Origin: Calditrichia bacterium
GTDB taxonomy: Bacteria > Calditrichota > Calditrichia > JAJRVZ01
Direction: 5' to 3'
DNA: 64,000 nucleotides
Assembly (NCBI GenBank): GCA_963796965.1
Contig: CAWCNS010000005.1
Location: 896,001-960,000 of the forward strand
The notes under the pieces were generated by a model. It was not told the DNA's origin. It searched no databases and worked only from the letters and a program-made list of their open reading frames with translations. The position numbers were made by a program, and so were the translations under genes. Below, one piece after another: positions 56,215-64,000 of this stretch; position 1 is the first letter of the stretch; each line of letters starts with the position of its first letter.

Positions 56215-58110
56215 TTAGTTCCCCGACAGATCCACCACAATTTCCCCGGAATCATTTTCAAATGCCGATGGCGCTATTCTAACCTCAATCCGCTTTAGAT
56301 TTTCAATCTTTTTATCGTAGGATAACGGTGGAGGATCCAGTGAGACTACTTTAATCTCATACTTTTCGGGTGAAAGAACCTGAAGAAAAAGTTGTTGTTC
56401 ATCCTTCGTTAAAATCGCTCCATTCAGATTAGTTTCAACATCTGCAGTGGTTATCATTGCCCAAACAATGATTTAGTTGTAGAATTCGTTTGTATCCGAT
56501 CGATTATCTGCAAGTATAGCGTCATTTATTTTTACAAAGGATCTTTCGGCTCTATTTACACTTCCGAAGAACAGATCAGTGAGATCAAAAGAAACACTTG
56601 GTGAATTGACGTCACAGAATGAACTGGTAACAGGTACCGAACCGTTGACGAAATGCATCTGGTCATTAACCGATAAGGTACTGTGGCCGAAGTTATTTTT
56701 TGTCAATAAAGTCCAGCGCGGAGACTCCTGACCTCTTTGCCATAACCCGCTTCCAAGGATTTGCTCCAATCCATGATATCCCTGATTACCCGGATCGATA
56801 GACCAGCGTATGCCATTGAGTTCAAATATAAAAGAACCGGCATCCATATTCCCATGATTTAAGGTAGCCCTACCCCCTTTAGCTGCCAGATAAAAACCAG
56901 ATTTACTCTCTTCTGTAGCACGCATGATGGCCAGAGGATTTAGCCCCCTACCGACCCAGCATTCCGGCAAGGTTTTATTAGTGGTCGATTTCTTATTCTG
57001 AGATAACCATATTAATGTAATCGGAGAAAACCGGTCATATCCACCATTTTCTTTTTGAAGCTTTTTAACAGCTGCCAGATACAGTTCCTGACTATAATAA
57101 GTATAGGTAGGATCTTTCTGATCAAACCAATTCATTATACCCTGATGGGTCAAACCCATGGCGCCGGCAGATCCTGAATCAAAATAATTGTAAAACAAAC
57201 CACTTGGAGCGATTGTCAAAAGACTATAGCGGGCACTCTCCAACAGCCCGGGAGCTGAAGGAATATTAAAATCTGTATTTAAGGCACTTTCAAACATAGA
57301 ACTTAAGATAGTTGTATAGTAAGTTGCATAAAACCAATAGCTTGCGCCCTCAAGAAAGGCTCCATCAGGCGCATAGGCTTCGAGAGCATAATGTAAATTA
57401 TTGAGTGTTCGTGAAAGTGTTTTTACAGCGAGTTCTGGTTCATCATCCGCTAATACCAGAGCCGCGGCCGATAAGCCACCGTGGCAGACCTGATTCCAGT
57501 TATGAGGTGCGGTGATCCATCCAAAAGGCGGTTCTTTGAAACTGACCAGGAGGGCTTTTTCTTTTAAAGCTTTTTTGGCCTTCTTTACAGTCTCATCCTC
57601 AAAACTTTCACCACACCAGTCAAGCCCCAATGATACAGCAAATGCCATTTCCGCCACATCTAAAAAGTGAGAAGGATTCCAATCTGTAAAATCGCAAACA
57701 TTATTTACTTCCGCTTCCAACCGTTCCAGGTATTTTAAATCATTTTCCATGCGATACAGAAGAGCCAATGTACTAACTCTGGCGATAGCTTCTCTTGAAA
57801 CAGATAAGAGACGTTTGCCAATTTTTTTTCGCTCTAATCCTGGTACACCCAGATAATAATTTCCACGTTTTTTTATAAGTTTATAATTTTCTTTGACGAC
57901 TTCATCCGATTTGATTTTTTGTACAAGGATTTTCTCTACCTCTTCGGTAAAAATTAATCGGGGGGCCTTTGTCTTCAGATTTTTCTCCAACCACTGCACA
58001 GAGATAGGATTTTCTGGTCTGAAGGTATATTTTTCATCCCCATGGAGCTGGTTTAAAAATATACTTAGCAGTAGAAATGGTATGTATTTGAGTAAGAATA
58101 AATTACGCAT
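56215..58110 (-). CDS. Heparinase II/III-like polysaccharide lyase (frameshift at ~56490)
   Basis: DWNPSHFLDVAEM, HNWNQVCHGG, PDGAFLEG.SYW.Y, NHGNMDAGSFIFE and GHSTLSVN motifs. Confidence 0.8.
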
Positions 58111-58175
58111 ATAGAGAATATCCTTTATATCGGATTTAGAGAATACCGCAGATAAAACCCGGAATATTGTTTATT

Positions 58176-58356
58176 GTAGAGACGTCCTGTTGGGACGTCT
58201 CTGTAATTAAACGGAATGACATTATTAATAAATTTGATTTATGTTTACGATTCCTAATTTCCCAAAATCTATCAATGTTTACTGAATATTATATCAATTG
58301 TTTATATTTTTTTGATCCGGACAGGATTATGAGACGTCCCAACGGGACGTCTCTAC
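58176..58356. repeat. Dispersed inverted REP pair (REPIN-like) of the RAYT-associated family
   Basis: GTAGAGACGTCCTGTTGGGACGTCTC (58176-58201) and GAGACGTCCCAACGGGACGTCTCTAC (58331-58356). Confidence 0.88.
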
Positions 58357-59625
58357 GAAGGTATTTAAATGCACTGTACCATAGGAACGTATGTTTAAAA
58401 TTAACACACTTCCCTTTCCAAAAACAGATTCAATCAAACGGACATAATCCCTGACAGCATCAGTGGGTAAAAAGACCTGAATTGTGCCGGCAAACCCGCC
58501 TCCATGAACCCGGCAGGCGCCTTCCCCCAACAGATTGATATAATTTTCAGAAAATGCAAGTGCTAACGATACGCCTTGTTCATTCACGCGTTTATTTGTA
58601 TAAATATTCTGCAACCATTTATATGATGAATCCCCCGATGCCTGTACTTTGGCTAAAAATTCTTTAAAATCCCCTGATTTCAAAGAATTAACCTGATCAG
58701 GTACACGTTCATTGTCACCCAGAAAATGCATTGCCCGTAACAGGGCCCGGTCACCAACCTTTTCCCTTAGAACTTTAGCCTCTTCAAGAACCTCCTTCAA
58801 AGTGATATTCCTACAGACATCCTGTCCAAAGTGTTGTGCTACCGATTGCATCTCAATTGGAATGGAAGCATACTCGTCAGTTAAATCGGCATGGCTTCCA
58901 CCGGTATCCACCACGAGCACATTATAGTTCTGAGCCCCGAAATCAAATTTTATTTTTTCTACAAGAGGATCTTCTGGTTCCTTAAAATCAATAGTAATGA
59001 TACTCCCCACCGCACAGGTCATCTGATCCATTAATCCACTGGGTTTGCCAAAATACTTGTTTTCTGCATATTGCCCTACTAAGGCAAGTGTCTCATCCTT
59101 AATTTCATTTTGATTAAAAAGTGCATTGAAGATAGTTCCTAACAGTACCTCTATCGAAGCTGAAGAACTCAAACCAGAACCGGGCAGGACCTTACTGGAA
59201 ATACAGGCATTAAATCCGCCAATTTCATATCCCATTTCCTTCAACCTGGCGGCAATACCCCGAATTAAACTTAGTGTCGTTTCTTTTTCTAAATCAACTA
59301 TATTGAGGTCTTGTAGATTCACCTGGAATGCAGTGGGGTAACCTTCTGAATAAATCATCACCAGATCTGAATTATTTACTGATGCAACTGCTATAGAATC
59401 CAGATCCACTGCTGCGGCCAATACCCGTCCATGATTATGATCGGTGTGGTTGCCACCAATCTCTGTCCGGCCTGGTGTACTGAATAAATGGAGGTCTTCT
59501 TCCTGGAAATGATTTTGATAGGTTTGAATTAACTTTTTATAACGCGCTATCTGAGATTTTATTACTTTTTCATCATCGCCATAGAGTTTTTTAAACGTAG
59601 CTATATATTTCTCAAAATTAATCAT
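58327..59625 (-). CDS. galK: Galactokinase (GHMP kinase)
   Basis: PGRTEIGGNHTDHN.G.VL, PGSGLSSSAS, GLMDQ and RVHGGGFAGT motifs. Confidence 0.9.
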   Translation of the reverse strand: MINFEKYIATFKKLYGDDEKVIKSQIARYKKLIQTYQNHFQEEDLHLFSTPGRTEIGGNHTDHNHGRVLAAAVDLDSIAVASVNNSDLVMIYSEGYPTAFQVNLQDLNIVDLEKETTLSLIRGIAARLKEMGYEIGGFNACISSKVLPGSGLSSSASIEVLLGTIFNALFNQNEIKDETLALVGQYAENKYFGKPSGLMDQMTCAVGSIITIDFKEPEDPLVEKIKFDFGAQNYNVLVVDTGGSHADLTDEYASIPIEMQSVAQHFGQDVCRNITLKEVLEEAKVLREKVGDRALLRAMHFLGDNERVPDQVNSLKSGDFKEFLAKVQASGDSSYKWLQNIYTNKRVNEQGVSLALAFSENYINLLGEGACRVHGGGFAGTIQVFLPTDAVRDYVRLIESVFGKGSVLILNIRSYGTVHLNTFVETSRWDVS

Positions 59626-59756
59626 AATAATCCTATATTTTTAAACACAAAGATCACAAAGCATGCACAAAGAACACAGAGTTTTTTTTAAATTAAATAA
59701 AATTAATTGGTGAAATTTTTAGTAATTCGTGTAATTAGTGGACAAAAGTTGTCTCA

Positions 59757-61743
59757 CTACCAAAAGATGATGTACAATAAAATAGTCAACGCCACCACGC
59801 CAAAACCATAACGCTTTGCACTTTGGGATACCGTTATATCCATTTTCTCATTAACCGGCAGTTCAACCGGTTTTGGTAATGGCTTTATCAATGTTATGGC
59901 AGTAAGAACGGCCACAACAATAAAAAAGCAAACGGCCATCCGGTCAAGAAAAGAGAGGGAAGATAAACTTACCAAAAATCCGATTCCCGTTGCACCGCCC
60001 CATTTAAGAAGACCATAAAGAACCGGATTCAAGATCAATCCAACCGTCCCTGCAAAACGTGGTGTTCGGTGTACAAGAAGACCAAATATAAAAATAGCGA
60101 GCACACCGGGTGAAATAAATCCCTGGAATTCCTGGATAAAGGTAAAAATTCCACCAAACTTGGGACTATCAAGTTGAGGGGCAATAAACATCGCAATCAA
60201 AACAAACACAATGGTGAAGATCCTCCCTGCTGAGACCAATTCAAACTGGGAGGCGGATTTCCTGGTTTTATGATAGATGTCCATGGTTGCAATAGTAGAA
60301 GCCGAGTTTAACATGGATGCTAATGAACTAACCACTGCACCAAAAATAGCCGCAAGAACAAATCCTAAAATCCCAAAGCCAACGGGTAAAAGACCCTTTA
60401 ATAACGTTGGAAAAGCGGCATCATAGTCGTATCCGACCAATTTATCGGACATAGGTATATCTGGAGACTGGGAGGAGGCATTTTGCTGGTTCGCCAACCT
60501 TACGAGCCTGGAATTTGCTTCATAAATGAGAGCCGCATTACCCAAGGCAGTAGAATCAAGGGGTTGATTAAGTAAATCTGAATTTGAGATAAACATGGCC
60601 TGGGCTTTTTCTGTACTTAACTCAGCAAATGAATCTGTAAAAATATAGAGTTGCTTCTGGCCCTCTTCATATCTTTGAAGGATATGCTCGTTTTTGACAT
60701 TGGCATGGGTATGAAGATCATCACTAAACAGATTATAAGCCAATATTCCGGGAATAACAACGATAAAGGGAATCAAAAGTTTTAAAAAGGCAGCAAAGAC
60801 GACACCTTTCTGGCCTTCATCCAGAGATTTAGATCCCAAAGTACGCTGGGTGATATATTGATTAAGGCCCCAATAGAAAAAGTTTGGGATCCATAAACCA
60901 ACAACAAGAGCTGTCCATGGTACTTCCGGGTCGCTGGCTGGTTTTACCATATGCATCTTGCCAACTGCCCAATCGCCGGCATTTAAGGCTTTTAATCGGG
61001 CTAATTGCCCCCATATCTTTTAACTGATCCGGATCAATCGCCGTAGTTGCTGTAGCCGCTAATTTTTCAACATCAGCCATACCCAGAGCGCGCATGGCAA
61101 AATAAGCAATAATCAGACCACCCAAAATCAGAGCAGCACCCTGAATAAGATCAGCCCAGGCACAGGCTTTCAATCCACCGGCAAAAACATAGATGGCTGC
61201 AAGTGTTCCAATTATCCAGCATCCAACTGTGATATTCCCCAGATCAAGACCGAGCATTGTTTTTCCATGAAAGAATACACCAATTACCTTCGCACCGGAA
61301 TAGATCACTGAGGCTGTTGGGACACCAACTAGTATGATCATCGTTACGATAGCCATAACAGTTCTGGCAAAGGTATTATATCGATATTCCAGAAATTCGG
61401 GAATGGTGTAAATACCACTTTTCAGAAAAGTCGGTAAAAAAACAAAGGCAACAACAACCAAGGTAATGGCGGCCATCCATTCGTAACTGGCAATGGCCAT
61501 ACCCAGCCAGTCCGCTGCTTTCCCTGACATACCAACAAATTGTTCGGTAGATATATTTGCAGCAATTAACGAAAATCCAATCAGCCACCAGGTCAGTCCC
61601 CTGCCGGCTAAAAAATAATCCTGTGCGCCAGTTTCGCCGTGTAATTCTTCACCCTTGCTCTTCCAAAGCCCAATAGCAATAACAGAAGCAACAAAAACAA
61701 GGAAAACAATGATATCTACAACACCAATAATTTCCATATTCAA
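59757..61743 (-). CDS. Sodium:solute symporter (SSS, sugar-type); frameshift at ~60980
   Basis: YFLAGR.L.WW.IGFSLIAANISTEQFVGMSG, YTIPEFLEYRY, NQYITQRTL and SSLASMLNSASTI motifs. Confidence 0.9.
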
Positions 61744-61896
61744 ATCCTTTGGTTATACATTGATATTTTATCTCTCGCAGAGGCGCTGCATATGATAAAA
61801 AATACAAAATACAAAAAATCTGTTCACTGTTTTCTGCTTACAGCTTTTCTGCTTTCTTTAATACTAATTCGTGTAATCCGTGGACCAATTCGTGGA

Positions 61897-63468
61897 TTAA
61901 AACGACATTGCCGCCACATAGGCATCCATAAAATCTGGATGGGTGGATAATTCAATATACTGTGTTTTCTTTTTAATTCGCTCAATTTCCTGTTCAAATA
62001 AGGTAGACTTTAAAGAGGCGATGGCGCCGGTCCCTGCTGCATTACCGATCGAAACCACTTTATCTTCCAGTTCTTCCGGCAGTAAACCAATTCTGACAGC
62101 ACTGTCAATTCTGATATAGTTCCCAAAACCACCAGCCAGATAAACAGTTCCGATCTGATTGCTGGTGATTCCCGCCTCTTTAATTAAAATAGCGATACCC
62201 GCATAGATGGCCGACTTTGCCAGCTGAACTTCCCGGATATCTTTCTGTGACAGAATAATATCATGTTCAACTGCGGCATTCTTTTTTGTTTCTACAATAA
62301 AATCATTGTTCATTCGACCAGTGGGATCAATAATTTCTTGATCTAATAAATAAGCTACAATATCTACTAATCCCGAACCACAAATTCCAATGGGCGGTTT
62401 TCCATTAATGGTTATATAGCCATCCTCATCATAGGTTGAAATTGCACCGGAGATTCCCCCAACACCACACTGGATTCTTGCACCTTCAAAAGCAGGACCT
62501 GCTGCTGTTGCACAACAATATACCTGATCCTTTTTACCAAGAACGATCTCACCGTTGGTTCCGATATCAAGATAAAGAACATATGTATCACTAATCGTAA
62601 GATCAGTGGAGGCCACACCGGCAAGGATGTCCGCACCTACATAACCGGAAACAGACGGCAGCACCTTTATCACACTTTTATCATGCATTTTCAATTTAAG
62701 ATCACTACCTTTTAAGTTTTTTTGTTCTGTAAATACCGGGGTATAAGGTGCAACGGAAATAGATGACGGATCAATACCAAGTAGTAAATGTAACATAATC
62801 GTATTGCCAACCATTGACCCCAAATAAATATTTAAAGGATTAACCCCATTTCCACTACAGAGTGAATCAACAGCCTGATTAATACGATGAATCAAAATGG
62901 ATCCCAATTGTTCAACGCCATTCTTGTTATTCATACCGTATTCCACCCTGGAGATAACATCTGCACCATAAGAAGATTGCGGATTGAGGAAAGAAAAACT
63001 GTCTATTTGCATATAATGGATAATATCTATTAGATAAACGACGACGGTTGTTGTTCCAATATCTACGGCAATTCCATAGGCTGTGGTTTCCTTGTCATTA
63101 CCCCAGTCCTCGTCTATTAGTTGATTGCCCCGAAAATAAACCAGTCTTCTTCCTTCCTTATTTTCAATCCGAAGCCCCGAATTATTATCCATGATCCTGG
63201 CAGCAGGATTTAACTCATCAAGGATGATATAAGATTCTAAGTTAGGAAGGTGTATTTCTAAGTCCGTAGAAATTTTATATTGACATGCCAGAATCGTATC
63301 AAGATGATTCATCTTTACTTGACATTTTCCACATGTCCCTTTTCCCGCACAGGAAGCCTGTACCAATATACCATTGTGCTGGAGCAGTTCCAGCAAGTTT
63401 TCCCCATCATTTGCACGAAAGGTGTGTTCTTTTTGGCCATCAAAGACCGATATTTTATATTTTGACAA
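61897..63468 (-). CDS. ASKHA-fold ATP-dependent reductive activator of corrinoid proteins (RACo/DUF4445) with N-terminal 2Fe-2S domain
   Basis: CAGKGTCGKC...LAC, DIGTTT, YGADVISR, DIGTNGEI, AAGPAFEG, GICGSG and LAGGFG motifs. Confidence 0.9.
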   Translation of the reverse strand: MSKYKISVFDGQKEHTFRANDGENLLELLQHNGILVQASCAGKGTCGKCQVKMNHLDTILACQYKISTDLEIHLPNLESYIILDELNPAARIMDNNSGLRIENKEGRRLVYFRGNQLIDEDWGNDKETTAYGIAVDIGTTTVVVYLIDIIHYMQIDSFSFLNPQSSYGADVISRVEYGMNNKNGVEQLGSILIHRINQAVDSLCSGNGVNPLNIYLGSMVGNTIMLHLLLGIDPSSISVAPYTPVFTEQKNLKGSDLKLKMHDKSVIKVLPSVSGYVGADILAGVASTDLTISDTYVLYLDIGTNGEIVLGKKDQVYCCATAAGPAFEGARIQCGVGGISGAISTYDEDGYITINGKPPIGICGSGLVDIVAYLLDQEIIDPTGRMNNDFIVETKKNAAVEHDIILSQKDIREVQLAKSAIYAGIAILIKEAGITSNQIGTVYLAGGFGNYIRIDSAVRIGLLPEELEDKVVSIGNAAGTGAIASLKSTLFEQEIERIKKKTQYIELSTHPDFMDAYVAAMSF

Positions 63469-63793
63469 GTTGTCCTTTCCTATCTTAATGATTTATTTCT
63501 TTGCTGCAGAGTCGCGAGACTCTCCAAGTCCCTAATAGAGGAGATTTAAACTGTATATTGTAATCTAATTTAGAAACTTTATTATTATAGTCAATGTTCT
63601 TACCGATGATCCATCCTGAAATTACTTTTTCAATATTTAAGATCTAAGTAAAACTTTAAAGAATAATTTGTCATTAGTCTTTTAATACAGATTGCTGCAG
63701 AATGAACTAGTTCTCGGTCAATTAAAAATTGATCGATATAATTCTGCTTGAGATTCCAGGTCAGGTCCCATCAGAATAAGTTCCGAAGGGCCT

Positions 63794-64000
63794 TCATAAT
63801 TTTCGATCGTCTATCAATTCTACATTTCCAAAGCTAGCTTGCACCGCTAAAACATCGTCGTTATCTAATCGGATATAACCTTTTATCCGATAGAGTTTCT
63901 CTGCTAGTCTAGAGATAATATCCGAGATGTCAGCCTCTTTTGCCTGTCTGGTCGTGCGGATTACTTTTGCACCCAATTCTGGCCTGCCACCCGGTTCCAA
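63794..64000 (-). CDS. C-terminal part of a possible CobW/P47K-type GTPase (truncated by the window edge)
   Basis: LYRIKGYI...VQASFG resembles the CobW C-terminal 'R.KG' motif. Only ~68 aa are visible. Confidence 0.45.
   Translation of the reverse strand: MEPGGRPELGAKVIRTTRQAKEADISDIISRLAEKLYRIKGYIRLDNDDVLAVQASFGNVELIDDRKL

Overview
This is a 64-kb AT-rich bacterial chromosomal segment, probably from an FCB-group anaerobe such as Calditrichota, KSB1 or an Ignavibacteria-like lineage. That assignment is inferred from three secreted proteins ending in an 'NYPNPFNP' T9SS/FlgD-type sorting domain and from a TonB-dependent receptor that lacks a SusD partner. Most genes serve glycan or sulfated-polysaccharide use: two sulfatases, PhoD, GH2, GH97, GH29, two tandem sialate O-acetylesterases, a deacetylase, a heparinase II/III-like lyase, GalK and an SSS transporter. 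About a dozen genes are split by frameshifts that look like long-read indel errors rather than pseudogenisation. No rRNA, tRNA or CRISPR array was recognised. The most unusual elements are: (1) a membrane-anchored Cache sensor fused to a Schlafen/AlbA_2 domain, overlapping an OPT transporter gene; (2) a ~300-bp intergenic element with terminal inverted repeats and 11-12 TTACGnnCGTAA-like sites phased at exactly 23 bp; (3) two AT-rich genes each followed by an attC-like site, with no integrase in the window (CALIN-like); (4) a giant secreted metzincin-like protein with ten GLAWQG repeats that differ only at synonymous positions, preceded by a small secreted partner; (5) a RAYT transposase with REP arrays on both sides, and REPs translated inside RAYT itself and at the end of GalK; (6) a corrinoid reductive activator co-oriented with sugar uptake and galactokinase genes. 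All product calls come from motif recognition by eye; no database search was run.
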